The position numbers and the translations under genes are program-made. Source: a virus (lineage: Duplodnaviria; Caudoviricetes). Taken from it: 43,548 bases of DNA. The notes under the pieces were generated by a model, which made no database searches, was not told the DNA's origin, and was given only the letters and a program-made list of their open reading frames with translations. Of the stretch, positions 28,501 to 36,585 are shown in pieces; the stretch's first letter is position 1; each line of letters starts with the position of its first letter. The stretch lies in the IMG/VR virus record IMGVR_UViG_3300026187_000029, positions 1-43,548 of that record, one strand, 5' to 3'.

Positions 28501-30715
28501 CAACAAGGAGGGCAAGCCAACGCCCGTCTCACAGCAGGACATAGACGAGGCCCGAGAAAACATAAAGCAGTTTACCGACACGAACGGGTACAACCCCGTC
28601 GTTGAGTGGTATGGCGCTTGGCAGGCATACAACAATCAGGTCATTACATTCCTAGAAGATACTGGCGTTATAGACGAGAAAGGCGCCGAATCTTGGAGGC
28701 TTGCATCAGACTACATACCGTTCTACAGGGCGCTTGAGCCAAACTACGACACCGGCAAGATAACCAACCACCCCTTCGGTGATCTCAAAAAGCTGGGGGC
28801 ATTCAAGCCATACAAGGGCAAGACGGACAAGATCAACGTGCCTTTGGTGGAGTCGATTGTAAAGAACACCGCCGCCGCGATTGACTTGGGCATGAGGAAC
28901 GTAGCTCAACAGCGCATTGCGCGAGACATGCAGAAGCTACAGCTTGCCAGACAGGTTAAGTACGGCACGCAAGGGCCAGACATAGTTACCCTCAAGGTTC
29001 GCGGTAAGCCCGTGTCATTCCGCATATATGACCCTCTTATCCTTGACTCGATGACGGCGATAGACGGTAGCGGGATTGAGGAGATATCCCGCATATTCTT
29101 TGGGCCAGCGTCAACACTGCTCAGAGAAACGGTCACACGAACCCCCGGGTTCATGCTTGCTAACATGTTAAGGGATAGCCTTTCCGCTTTTGTTACCTCT
29201 GGCTCCAGCTTCGTCCCCTTGATCGGGACGACCAAAGGGTTCTTTTCTAACATCAACAACCTAGAAAGAACCGGCGTTATCGGGGGCTACGACTTCAAGG
29301 TTGATCAACAGGATATAGGCAAGACGTTCCAAGAAGAGGCGGAAAGAAGAAAACGTAACGGAATGCCGGTTAACATGTTCAAGACGCTGTGGGATGCGTC
29401 TGGCAGGCTTACGACAAGATCGGATGCGGCAACACGGCAGGCTGTTTACGACGAGGTTTACGCCAGAACTGGAAACGAAGCAGAGGCTTACTTCCAAGCA
29501 ATGGAGGTGCTTAACTTCTCCAGACGCGGAAGCAATGGAGTGGTGAGGGCCATAACCGCGGCGATACCATTCCTGAACGCAAGAATACAAGGCCTCGATG
29601 TTCTTTGGCGTAGCGGGCTGGGCGTAAACACTGCCAAGCGAGGCGTCCCTAGGGGGACGGCGGCTCTTTCTTTCGCCATGAGAGGAGCGATCATCAGCTT
29701 TGCCACCGCCTTGTACTGGATGATGGTAAGCGATGACGATGAGTATAGAGAGGCGAGCAGGGAGGAAAGAGATAACAACTGGCTGTTCCCTGTGCCGTGG
29801 CTTGAGGGCGTCGGCGCAATAGCTATCCCCATTCCCTTTGAAGTTGGCCTGATATTCAAGACCATTCCAGAAGTAATGCTCGACACCACCGCTGGGAACA
29901 GAACATCTCGCCAAGCATTCCAGAGCTTCAAGCAGGGACTTGGGTCAACACTTGAGCTTAACTTGTTGTATGGAATACAGGCATATGCCCCCCTTCTTGA
30001 GGCGCACTCAAACTACAACAGCTACACAGGACGCCCGATAGTTCCCATCTGGCTGACAGGTCAGAGGCCTGAATACCAGAGGACAGAGTCAACGTCAGAA
30101 ACCGCCATATTCTTGCAGAAGGCAACCCCCTATCTAGCGGCTATCCCGATGCTTGGTATGGACGAGGGCGGCACATCGCCGATGAAGATAGAGCACGTTA
30201 TCAAGGGCTACACGGGTAGCATGGGCGGCTTTATCCTTAGCTGGACTGACAGGGTGATGAGAAGCAAGTCGGGCAGAGAGGCGATGGCTAACGCTGGATA
30301 TGATGTTAGCCAGCCAGAAATGCCCAGCTTGGCGTTATACGACTATCCAGTGGTGAAGAGGTTCTTAACCGCCCCAGAGGGAACGGGCTTGAAAGAGCAG
30401 TTTTACGACCTGTCCAACGAGGTCCGTCAGGACTACAACACAATCAACCAGATCCTAGAGCGCGGTGATGAAGACGAGTTCAATAGCCTTTACCCCAAGA
30501 TAGAAGGATTGCTTGAGGTCAGGAATGATGTTGAATACATCAGGAAGGTGCTTTCTGACATAAGGCAGGACAAAAAGGCAATTATGCGTTCTGAGATGAG
30601 CGCGGAACAGAGACGCTACATGCTTGACCAACTGAAAGCCTATGAAAATCAGATGCTGAAAGTCGTCCCATTGCTTGAGGCTCGTGCTGACAGGTCAGCG
30701 ATAAGAGGGTTGTAA
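22562..30715 (+). CDS. giant polyvalent virion protein (zincin-like peptidase, ART-like, ParB-like, LPD38-like domains)
   Basis: 2717 aa; HEILH at 24698-24712 with downstream EE; YYHGT..HFT..VYPVFL at ~25376-25545; EGRHR at 26372-26386; IPIPFE.G at ~29825. Confidence 0.8.
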   Translation: MPTTIVNSPDGRLIDVNHPDGATDEQILSYAAQQYALDPSIAYDASDADDGTTALGALSEFGKRALGGIGTGSARVVSGLGQLLPGVDDQSMIDMEMGVRRSISDTLDYDPAYDENYIAQLGEVAGEMVPQVASFFLRGGIPARAAQLATMIGPAVSEGGMDRATEEQERGEALTDYERLASKGADVVLGRLEQFGLPSRILKGLPKGFFQTADGNPILRRIESMVMSGLSEGTQEAAQGILRDITTKAIYDPDRAIADSVVEDFQLGGGAGALFDFIISSVTGGNRRTPKVDAPEEMRPPTDEEIEAEQQARAKEATKEDRRRKAMDRALAAQAPTTPPDPRDTTGIDPELSVDEITAQIVEIAGAYRGRTTIPTGSLFEVQEQEGKFYVTHEGEQFGPAMRDPIKAQEVKAALSEVSDNLNVERTIVESGIDYTPQESAKIMRFYQQIRNAGRRYTPEDPAEPTIPRQPEPPARINLLENRINTALNRKGIDTPINSAEGAAVVQTIIGRPVSESTPLADLSAVEQDYVLQTIIEADALTPQARATTEAREQVDPVTGLVVPSQPRVTGPRATLSLPNFAAIAKPVEPTVPSEPVEAGKEIVPFEPEQETLQDKAIESTIARQLQAILKSVGLADDFVVKTVDQVGRARRDSAGNVYISPIKKKSGDQENYVTFGSAQLAAKVIQISTDGIKYRVDQGMSFEEATAAVMNHEILHALRGMDLFTAQEYSLLERLTRQYSKPGTDMTYGQWAVKTYPELSAVAQQEEAIAEMISDSLTNNVLIDGKAQALSGKPAGIIRRIVDLFKRLVGFARDNDINSYQELVNAIQTGQVGARERGQVRTLMKTEKERGQVEERSLTTEDLQFRTGTRPTKEQLDAVYNNLVQQVKQQVGDAPEVVADSELEEVIEARGLKFPKKDQTIPRLARAIEQGFNVDTVYYHGTSVPDIRRFDGSVGMGVVSGHFTTRPRFANQFAPAITIPDLGQIPTVYPVFLRYGRENELGGIAEIRSLIQDEDNPVRFSLSKPLSRQPRLKADLEAFFAAELEKGRLYGPDETKLKSFEQQDLARFYYEGVRPVESVAEDLAEDFHNNAAQVAYAEITEGPYDVDFAQLEVIAPYMKEAGFKGYYDIEEAGKSYSGIAMFNSEDIKGVFADFDPESVPEGSRYEDDIMYSRSAVDMFEEKAFDHIGTSGRETLIPGRINPAHKARHTIVDMPIDMFLGLAQVGHQDRKEKGVEDLVRRGVKFSELPQLHTKPVDSEDYGPVLLVGGHEGRHRARALKAAGYTTMPVRIFDQTIRWGEQDNPKSFDYLDYWPEMVISEADINRKTDPSKAGYQPVGLYTYPMFINRDGTVNFGSPIDRPSVIFEVAPDPRNEELSNRWNSLSDDARLEISERVARLVVPSALAEVSASGEIVSQIGSYYDDTNPSFAVRLTSGDPTDAASAVGFILQQESMMIVSPRPYEGADSQFDPRLEQETRSIPAVFIRIGDKPLAEVNKIYQRLRAVEGVPEFSGQTTIDGTMMILLGADADADAVVDAFDNALDGIYPIDSTVVFSSFPESKDYDYETKVPDTRIRRETARERLIDLRAEAQNEVARAIERLKGTALDARSGSANSPDYEQTVRGAITPDGRLALTHFATKQLDRTDPTLAGTGADRAKRNRPRIGTWFGVVDAEVDPYIKEPMIGNVPNEFFVDPAQIYVIDDASNPSAPSDPEKVWTTHPNGDPNYEAIGEKVRELGFNGYLINAPALGKVVVMHAPLSKDGSDDIMESRRSIRPIDQAKLDKAVEQNEKEARNAGFSVPLYSVKASPEAQYIARNPEAAAEPEEILESRAPEYNTKTKSFINRLIESTPERADPMRQYMDVTGDNSTIDYKLTQAKQALVNRYARLEKLNQRYFKDYLADSSSIAAVLFADRSAGVTAEAIKSGVPQYRNGLTKVVDFSYNGKQYRGLVDIINLLRTKKYGDISEFAQAYAIAMRGERLNKEGKPTPVSQQDIDEARENIKQFTDTNGYNPVVEWYGAWQAYNNQVITFLEDTGVIDEKGAESWRLASDYIPFYRALEPNYDTGKITNHPFGDLKKLGAFKPYKGKTDKINVPLVESIVKNTAAAIDLGMRNVAQQRIARDMQKLQLARQVKYGTQGPDIVTLKVRGKPVSFRIYDPLILDSMTAIDGSGIEEISRIFFGPASTLLRETVTRTPGFMLANMLRDSLSAFVTSGSSFVPLIGTTKGFFSNINNLERTGVIGGYDFKVDQQDIGKTFQEEAERRKRNGMPVNMFKTLWDASGRLTTRSDAATRQAVYDEVYARTGNEAEAYFQAMEVLNFSRRGSNGVVRAITAAIPFLNARIQGLDVLWRSGLGVNTAKRGVPRGTAALSFAMRGAIISFATALYWMMVSDDDEYREASREERDNNWLFPVPWLEGVGAIAIPIPFEVGLIFKTIPEVMLDTTAGNRTSRQAFQSFKQGLGSTLELNLLYGIQAYAPLLEAHSNYNSYTGRPIVPIWLTGQRPEYQRTESTSETAIFLQKATPYLAAIPMLGMDEGGTSPMKIEHVIKGYTGSMGGFILSWTDRVMRSKSGREAMANAGYDVSQPEMPSLALYDYPVVKRFLTAPEGTGLKEQFYDLSNEVRQDYNTINQILERGDEDEFNSLYPKIEGLLEVRNDVEYIRKVLSDIRQDKKAIMRSEMSAEQRRYMLDQLKAYENQMLKVVPLLEARADRSAIRGL

Positions 30716-31165
30716 GTGCTGTTAACATATTTATACAAAGCGACAGTGGTCAGGTGCATTGACGGCGACAGCGTCGTGTTTGATATCGACTGCGGCTTTG
30801 ACATTCAGCTAAAGAATCAATCTGTGAGACTGTTCGGCATAGATACCGCAGAAACCCGCGGCGGCACGGAAGAGCTAAAGGCTCTGGGGAATTTGGCGAA
30901 GGATTATGTCAGCCAGATGCTACCGGAAGGCTCTGAGGCGCTCCTTAAAACACATCTGGACAGAAAGGGTAAGTTCGGACGCATACTGGCTGAGGTGTTT
31001 ATGCCAGAAGCGCCCGACAATGAGGGCTATCAGCCCAAGAGCCTAAACGACATACTGCTGGAAGAGCTTCTTGCTGTGCCGTATCACGGCCAATCCAAGG
31101 AGGACATCATGAACCAGCACCTAATCAACCTAGATCATCACAGGGTGGCTGGCAGAATCCCTTAG
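30716..31165 (+). CDS. thermonuclease (SNase-like) family nuclease
   Basis: 149 aa, IDGDS, VRLFGIDTAE, GKFGRILA. Confidence 0.85.
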   Translation: MLLTYLYKATVVRCIDGDSVVFDIDCGFDIQLKNQSVRLFGIDTAETRGGTEELKALGNLAKDYVSQMLPEGSEALLKTHLDRKGKFGRILAEVFMPEAPDNEGYQPKSLNDILLEELLAVPYHGQSKEDIMNQHLINLDHHRVAGRIP

Positions 31166-31500
31166 CCTCGGCAGGCTCGCTCATAAGTCTGATCGTCGAA
31201 GGTGTAGCCGTTGACATACAGGTAGGGCGCGTATGCCTTACACCACTCCTCTGACCCCTTCTCTATCCCGTCATACGGCTGTGCTTCGTAGTCCACTTCC
31301 TCGTTAGGCAATAGGTGTTTGAAGTGGACGTTCCCGTTCTTGTACGCCTGCTTCCTGTACATCTTCCCGACAGTAGACACAAAAACATTTTCGTTGGGCT
31401 TTAGCGTGTAAACAGAACCGTCTTCGTAATAGATAACGGTCTGACCAAAGACAAAAGAAGAAAACAACAAGGCGACAGCGGCTAAATATTTTGGCATCAC
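31162..31500 (-). CDS. exported hypothetical protein
   Basis: 112 aa, signal-peptide-like N-terminus, two Cys; SD AGGAG. Confidence 0.6.
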   Translation of the reverse strand: MMPKYLAAVALLFSSFVFGQTVIYYEDGSVYTLKPNENVFVSTVGKMYRKQAYKNGNVHFKHLLPNEEVDYEAQPYDGIEKGSEEWCKAYAPYLYVNGYTFDDQTYERACRG

Positions 31501-31615
31501 AGGCTCCTACTGGTTAGACAGATGCCAAGTGTATCAATACTTTGGTGCGATCACCAACATGGTGTAAATGCTGATAAAGCAGATTATCCACAGTGCGACG
31601 TAATGCTCTGGTAAG

Positions 31616-32068
31616 TCATCCATTTATTACTCCTAACTTGTTCTGAGGAACAAAGTACGCCGGACGACCTCCGGCTGGGTCGGTCCAGAACTCGCTTCTT
31701 TTCCCGTCCCTGCCATACATCCCGCCGACACAGCGGTATCTTCCATTGCCTCCGATCAGCAGAAAAAAGAACCTGTCATCGGGATCTGACTCATGAATGA
31801 TCAGTCTGGCAGAGTCCCTCACCGACGTTCTCACGTCCACGTTGCCGACATCAGGCGCCCTCATCTGGCCTTTGCCGTCCCAATAGATACCTAAATGCTT
31901 TGCCAGCGCCATCTCACCAAGCGCGCCCTCGACATGCAGTTGCCAGTCGTTGGACGAGCCAGCCCCGTATGCCGGTCTGGCGTTGTTCTTGAGGTTCTGT
32001 AGCTGTCTTTGTATCCCGACATGGGCGGCGATCTGCATCTCTGACAGGGTTAGCCTGATCTCAGTCAT
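31616..32068 (-). CDS. putative PD-(D/E)xK-like nuclease
   Basis: Likely start ATG 32068 (MTEIRL); GALGE...PDV..VDVRT. Confidence 0.5.
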   Translation of the reverse strand: MTEIRLTLSEMQIAAHVGIQRQLQNLKNNARPAYGAGSSNDWQLHVEGALGEMALAKHLGIYWDGKGQMRAPDVGNVDVRTSVRDSARLIIHESDPDDRFFFLLIGGNGRYRCVGGMYGRDGKRSEFWTDPAGGRPAYFVPQNKLGVING

Positions 32069-32279
32069 CGGATAACGCGGCTTTTGCCTCTTCCAAGTCC
32101 TTGATTGCGGCGCGGATATCATCGAGCGCATCGGCATTCATGTTGGTGAGGTCGAGGATGTTGTCGGTGATCTTGTCGATCCGGTCAAGTCTCTCGGTCA
32201 TCAATGCCAGAAACTTGTCAGCAGTAGCAAGTCCGTCTGCGTAGGCTTCGCCCTCTAGCTCAATCGTTAGCTTTGTCAT
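32061..32279 (-). CDS. small coiled-coil hypothetical protein
   Basis: 72 aa, overlaps both neighbours in the operon. Confidence 0.55.
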   Translation of the reverse strand: MTKLTIELEGEAYADGLATADKFLALMTERLDRIDKITDNILDLTNMNADALDDIRAAIKDLEEAKAALSDD

Positions 32280-32628
32280 TATTGCCCCCCCAGAACCTGT
32301 AATTCACAGGCTCATCAACTGTTTGATATTGAACGTATCGCTTAATCGTCTGCATTTTAAGTAACTGCCAACCTGTCTCTTGGTTGCCATAACGCTCATG
32401 GCTCTCGTCTATAATTGAGTTGGACTCAATGTCATACCAGTCGCCTTTTGAGGTAGCGCCGTATACCCCTTTGACCAGCCGTTTTTCGGGGCCAACTAAC
32501 TCCCCAAAAGAGTGAGAAACACTTGGCTCAGATCCCATGCCGTTGCACTCCGTCTCCCCGACTGGGTGGGTGCATTCCGCATCTAACCAAGCCACATAGT
32601 CTACATAGCTGGCCCAGAAGCTACCCAT
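32260..32628 (-). CDS. hypothetical protein
   Basis: Likely start ATG 32628 (MGSFWAS), overlapping the upstream stop. Confidence 0.5.
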   Translation of the reverse strand: MGSFWASYVDYVAWLDAECTHPVGETECNGMGSEPSVSHSFGELVGPEKRLVKGVYGATSKGDWYDIESNSIIDESHERYGNQETGWQLLKMQTIKRYVQYQTVDEPVNYRFWGGNNDKAND

Positions 32629-33046
32629 CTTCCATCTCTGGTGGCGGCACGCTGTATCCCATCTCTGACGCCACACGGCACAGAGTCTCAATAAGCTCGG
32701 AATAGTCGCCTCGGGTCGCATCATTGCTTCGCTTGACCGGACGGCGCACCATCCCGAACTTGGTGTCTACCTCCTCTGAACCATAACATTGGCAGAGAAG
32801 CTCGTTGTGCATTTCGTCAGGGGTCAAGCCGCAGAACTTTGCGAACCCACCGCACCACTTTCTGTAGTAGTTTTCTTGCGGTCTGGAGCGGCGAGTCTTT
32901 AGCGGCTTCACCTCTATCGTCACCCCGTGTTTCGCCCGAAGGTTGACCTCCAGTATTTGAGGCGCCACTTGCGGAAACTCCTGACACAGTGACTGCAACA
33001 CTCGCATCCGCTGAATCGTCCTGCTTTCCGGTAGGTGTATCTCCAT
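32621..33046 (-). CDS. NinB/YbcN-like recombination accessory protein
   Basis: 141 aa, RS..Q..YY.KW...A...G....EMH; YSELIE. Confidence 0.6.
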   Translation of the reverse strand: MEIHLPESRTIQRMRVLQSLCQEFPQVAPQILEVNLRAKHGVTIEVKPLKTRRSRPQENYYRKWCGGFAKFCGLTPDEMHNELLCQCYGSEEVDTKFGMVRRPVKRSNDATRGDYSELIETLCRVASEMGYSVPPPEMEDG

Positions 33047-33255
33047 TACTCATCCTTTCCCCCCTTCGCTTGATATGGTCTGAACTGGTGCAAAGGGCAT
33101 TTTACGGACACACAGTCGCGTATGCACCGCCTAAAACCGGGCTCTAGCTCTTCTTTTGTACATCCCATGCACGCCGCACACATGGCCTTGATCGCCTTGG
33201 CGCGGGTGGGGTGTCTCTCTAACAAGATAAACGGGTTGATTTCACTCATTGTCAT
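33046..33255 (-). CDS. small Cys-rich (Zn-binding) protein
   Basis: AIKAMC..CMG...IRDC....CPLH.FRP. Confidence 0.6.
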   Translation of the reverse strand: MTMSEINPFILLERHPTRAKAIKAMCAACMGCTKEELEPGFRRCIRDCVSVKCPLHQFRPYQAKGGKDE

Positions 33256-33565
33256 AGCCTTTGATTGATATAACGCCTTGGTCTACTCGCCTCATTAGCG
33301 TCTTAATTATGTTGAACAAGAACTGCTCTGACTTGTCGATTTTTTTTTCAAAGGTCGCTCCACCGCCGCCCACGTCAAACTGGTAATGGCATTTGTGGCA
33401 TAGGTCTGCAACGCACAGGTCGTGGGGCTTGTGTCCAGTCCCTTTTCCTAACAAGTTAGCTCTAAGTCCGGTGTAATGCGCCGCAACTACGGTGCCATCT
33501 CTGACACCGCAGTTGACGCAGGACTGATCCCGCGCCGCATCTAGCAGTTTCTTTGACCTAATCAA
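33242..33565 (-). CDS. DUF1364/YbcO-like HNH-type nuclease
   Basis: Likely TTG start at 33565 (IRSKKLLDAARDQSCVNCG); V.AH, G.G.K.HD, LCHKCH. Confidence 0.65.
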   Translation of the reverse strand: MIRSKKLLDAARDQSCVNCGVRDGTVVAAHYTGLRANLLGKGTGHKPHDLCVADLCHKCHYQFDVGGGGATFEKKIDKSEQFLFNIIKTLMRRVDQGVISIKGYDNE

Positions 33566-33870
33566 AACGGAATATCTTCCTCTTTGAACTCGATGGGCTG
33601 AGGCTTTGGCGGCGGGGGCGGAGCGGCTTGCGCTTCCGCATCCCAGTAAACCTCTGCGGTGACGTACTGGTATTCCTGCCCAGTGTCTTTGGCCTTTCGA
33701 TTCCATGAGGCAAGCTGAATCTTGGGCGTCTTGCCCTCCTTCGCCATGGCAATCAAACCCTTCACCTGCTCAGGGCTGACCTCCACACGGCCCTTCATGT
33801 CAGGGTGTGAGGGCTTTGATTTGTCGTCGTTCGGCCAAAGCCCGCCTTCGGTCTTGTGATACTTACTCAT
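33562..33870 (-). CDS. single-stranded DNA-binding protein-like
   Basis: 102 aa, G.LW.N..K....HPD.KG, acidic EEDIPF tail. Confidence 0.7.
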   Translation of the reverse strand: MSKYHKTEGGLWPNDDKSKPSHPDMKGRVEVSPEQVKGLIAMAKEGKTPKIQLASWNRKAKDTGQEYQYVTAEVYWDAEAQAAPPPPPKPQPIEFKEEDIPF

Positions 33871-33882
33871 TGGCGCTCTCCT

Positions 33883-34086
33883 TTACCATGGCTGAGGGCA
33901 AACGCCGTAGCCGGATGTTGTTGTGTAGTGGGTTGAATTACCGATCCCACACTTCCACTGGCAGACCACTTGGCCGTTGACGCCCTGTTGCTGGGTAATT
34001 TTCTGCCAGAGATGCGCGTGGGCATACGCAGACACAGAAATTACAGTGACGGCCAAGATAGCCGCGATTGATGCTCTTCTACTCAT
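33883..34086 (-). CDS. small secreted Cys-containing peptide
   Basis: 67 aa, signal peptide ending AYA/AHA, C.WKC...CP. Confidence 0.55.
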   Translation of the reverse strand: MSRRASIAAILAVTVISVSAYAHAHLWQKITQQQGVNGQVVCQWKCGIGNSTHYTTTSGYGVCPQPW

Positions 34087-34801
34087 CGTTACTCTCCTTT
34101 AGTGATGCTCTTAGCGCAGAGAAATGCGCCTTGAGTTGGTTGAAATGCTCTGGATACCCCTGATCAAGAAGGTCTATCGTCTTCTTGTTGTTTTTCCAGA
34201 ACTCAATCAGATCGTTCTCGGTTGCTGTTGCGAACGTGTCAGCAGTACTGCACAGGAAGCTGAGCACCCCGTCTGCTTCTTCTTCGTTCGCAATGGTGTC
34301 GCCCTGAGGCTCGGCTGGTGCTTCCGCTTTGGGTTCTGCCTTGGGCTTGGCCTTGGCTTTCGGCTTGGGCTTCTCCTTGGGGGCGGGTTTTTCCTCTGCG
34401 GCGTCACCGCTAGGGGGAAGGTCTTCGCCAGCGTAGATGTAGTGGCCCAGCCCGTACATCGCCAGACACTTGGTCAGACATCGCATGCGGGTGTCTGAGA
34501 TGGCTCTGGCGTCTGGATTAATTATTGCCTTGTTCTTGTAGTCCATAACGGGGAGCCACATCAAACGCTCAAGGTCATTGATGATGACTTTGCACCAGAC
34601 GGTACAGGTTTGGGCGTCATCCCGCTCCTCGACAAGGAAGTCATACCGCGCCTCGGGGTAATGCTCCATCATGATGCCCCACGCCCACGCCCATGACAGA
34701 TAGGTCAGCCCGTTTTTCTTTTCGGCCTTCTCGGAGCAGTCTATGGCGCTGAGAGTCTTCCATACGCTGGCGTATGTGTGTTGTGATTTAGGCGCAGTCA
34801 T
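34079..34801 (-). CDS. Sak3/DUF1071-like single-strand annealing protein
   Basis: Likely start ATG 34801; KNGLTYLSWAWAW, MWLPVMDYKN, RCLTK..A..GLG.YIYAGEDLP. Confidence 0.85.
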   Translation of the reverse strand: MTAPKSQHTYASVWKTLSAIDCSEKAEKKNGLTYLSWAWAWGIMMEHYPEARYDFLVEERDDAQTCTVWCKVIINDLERLMWLPVMDYKNKAIINPDARAISDTRMRCLTKCLAMYGLGHYIYAGEDLPPSGDAAEEKPAPKEKPKPKAKAKPKAEPKAEAPAEPQGDTIANEEEADGVLSFLCSTADTFATATENDLIEFWKNNKKTIDLLDQGYPEHFNQLKAHFSALRASLKESNDE

Positions 34802-35183
34802 GCAAAACCTCCCCTTGAGAAACCTTCGTCCAATACTCGGTGCAACGGCGTACCCCAAGGGCGTTTGCCAGCCAGCGTGAGTCTAGCTTGGTGATGTCAT
34901 CCTCAAGGAAAAGATCAGCGATTGCGCCATCACCGTACTCTTTTTGAATGGTGAGGACGCTCCACTGAGGATGGCTTGGGTAGTCTTTTGGATCTACACA
35001 ATCTGCGGGGAGGTCAGCGGTTATGCTACTGCAAATCTGCCCAGCCTTCGTGTAGGCATCCTCATCTTCATACCCAGATATTCGCAGGACAACACATTCC
35101 CGTATCATTCCCGACACCTTGAGTGTTAATACCGCGAGGTATTCCTGCGGCTCTTCATGAGAGCCAGTCTTTTTTGTGGTCAC
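34788..35183 (-). CDS. hypothetical protein
   Basis: 131 aa ORF filling the operon gap. Confidence 0.5.
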   Translation of the reverse strand: MTTKKTGSHEEPQEYLAVLTLKVSGMIRECVVLRISGYEDEDAYTKAGQICSSITADLPADCVDPKDYPSHPQWSVLTIQKEYGDGAIADLFLEDDITKLDSRWLANALGVRRCTEYWTKVSQGEVLHDCA

Positions 35184-35382
35184 TTGATACTCCTAGGGTT
35201 TGCCAGATTTCTTGTGGTGTCAGGCGGAAAAACAGCCCAGTAGCCATATCTCCAACATGTTTATCGGAAAGATAGAACCGGACGGTGTCGCCGCTGACGG
35301 TTATTTTGAGTAGGTGCTTTGATGTTTGGTTCATCGCCACAACCTTGCGGTAAAACTCAGGGTCTTGCTCGATCACGACCAT
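35155..35382 (-). CDS. hypothetical protein
   Basis: 75 aa ORF overlapping the exonuclease stop. Confidence 0.5.
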   Translation of the reverse strand: MVVIEQDPEFYRKVVAMNQTSKHLLKITVSGDTVRFYLSDKHVGDMATGLFFRLTPQEIWQTLGVSSDHKKDWLS

Positions 35383-36245
35383 GCCTCGTTTTCATACTGC
35401 TCGCACCATTGCGCCACACGGCACCAGTTGTCATCGCACCGGACGCACTTGCCTGACCGCTCCTCGATCTCACGATCAGATGACTCCTCAGCAAAGGCCT
35501 CTGCCTCTGCCATGCTGTTGAATACACGCAGTGCTCGCTTGTTGCCCTTTTTCTTGACAGCAAACGTGTCCTCACGCTTCCAACGCTCCTCGTCACTACA
35601 GTGGGGTATGTGACCGCCTGTAAGCCGTTCGTACTCGGCTTCCTGATGGATTTTCACCCTGCCGCGGACATAGTCATCCCTTTCCTCTGGCGACCAGAGC
35701 GGAATGTCCACGATAACGATTGGCGCCAGCGGGTAATTGGTTTCGATCTTGGCCTTCGACCTCTGCCAGTCGCGCAGGACTGCAACAATCTGCAAGCCAG
35801 TCACCTCGACCCCATCCTTCTGCTCGGCAAGCCATGCGTAGAAATTGAGTTGTTTGTGCCATTCAACCTTGCCATGAATCACAGACCACACTGAGGTGCA
35901 TTTGTAATCCATGATGGTCATCGTGCCGTCAGCCTCGGAACGCTGTAAATCAATCGCCCCACTGATACTCCACCCGTCAACCTCTGCAAACAACCGCTCT
36001 TCAACGATATGCCCCTCGGGTTGATGCCGTTCAAACATCGTGTGTACTGACGTGCCCAGAACACTCCACAACATGTCAGACACATCCTCCGTGATCTCGT
36101 CGTCATGCTCCTTTCGGAGAATGCGAACACGGGGACTGTCTATCAGTTGGGTGACTGAGCGGTTGCTGTGACCCCTTGAATAGTCACTGTGCGTCAGCGC
36201 CTTGAATACAGGCTCGGGTAAGTTTGTGTGGTTGGTGATTATCAC
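35373..36245 (-). CDS. PD-(D/E)xK exonuclease (RecB/Cas4-like, recombination)
   Basis: 290 aa, SVTQL, GT..H, E.RL, SG.ID, DYK.T, QLN.Y, C-terminal Cys cluster. Confidence 0.85.
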   Translation of the reverse strand: MIITNHTNLPEPVFKALTHSDYSRGHSNRSVTQLIDSPRVRILRKEHDDEITEDVSDMLWSVLGTSVHTMFERHQPEGHIVEERLFAEVDGWSISGAIDLQRSEADGTMTIMDYKCTSVWSVIHGKVEWHKQLNFYAWLAEQKDGVEVTGLQIVAVLRDWQRSKAKIETNYPLAPIVIVDIPLWSPEERDDYVRGRVKIHQEAEYERLTGGHIPHCSDEERWKREDTFAVKKKGNKRALRVFNSMAEAEAFAEESSDREIEERSGKCVRCDDNWCRVAQWCEQYENEAWS

Positions 36246-36475
36246 GCGACTCTGAACACCCTCATCTGCTCGCCATCACGAACGACGGAGAATTTCATCG
36301 GGTATCGGTCCCGTTGCCAGCGGGAGATGCGCTGTCTCAGAGCCCTCACCTCCGTCTGATCGCTCGCATTGATTGGCGCCACAAACGAATCCCCAACCTC
36401 CATTGCCGCTAGTGGCAACTCCGGTATCTTCGTCCGCTTCGGCATCGGTACATGCTTTTCGATTTGAATGTCCAT
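36242..36475 (-). CDS. small putative DNA-binding protein
   Basis: 77 aa, IEK.VPMP...P...MEVGDSF...RVFRV; SD GAGGAG. Confidence 0.7.
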   Translation of the reverse strand: MDIQIEKHVPMPKRTKIPELPLAAMEVGDSFVAPINASDQTEVRALRQRISRWQRDRYPMKFSVVRDGEQMRVFRVA

Positions 36476-36585
36476 AAAACTCGGCCTCCTCAGCCACTTG
36501 TAAATCGTAGACGTAACGTCCCATTTTGCTCACCGTGATACACTCCTCAATGTGGGACGACGGATGTTAACGTAGGAGAAAATAT

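Noticed and set aside
29261-29931. Long antisense ORFs (217 and 147 aa) inside the giant gene, and similar shadow ORFs elsewhere (e.g. 13180-13728, 2003-2521, 18044-18565)
   Set aside because: No recognisable motifs or SD; expected by-products of codon bias opposite real genes
35373-36245. Cas4-like nuclease as evidence of a CRISPR system
   Set aside because: No cas1/cas2 or array; its context (annealase, SSB) indicates a recombination exonuclease
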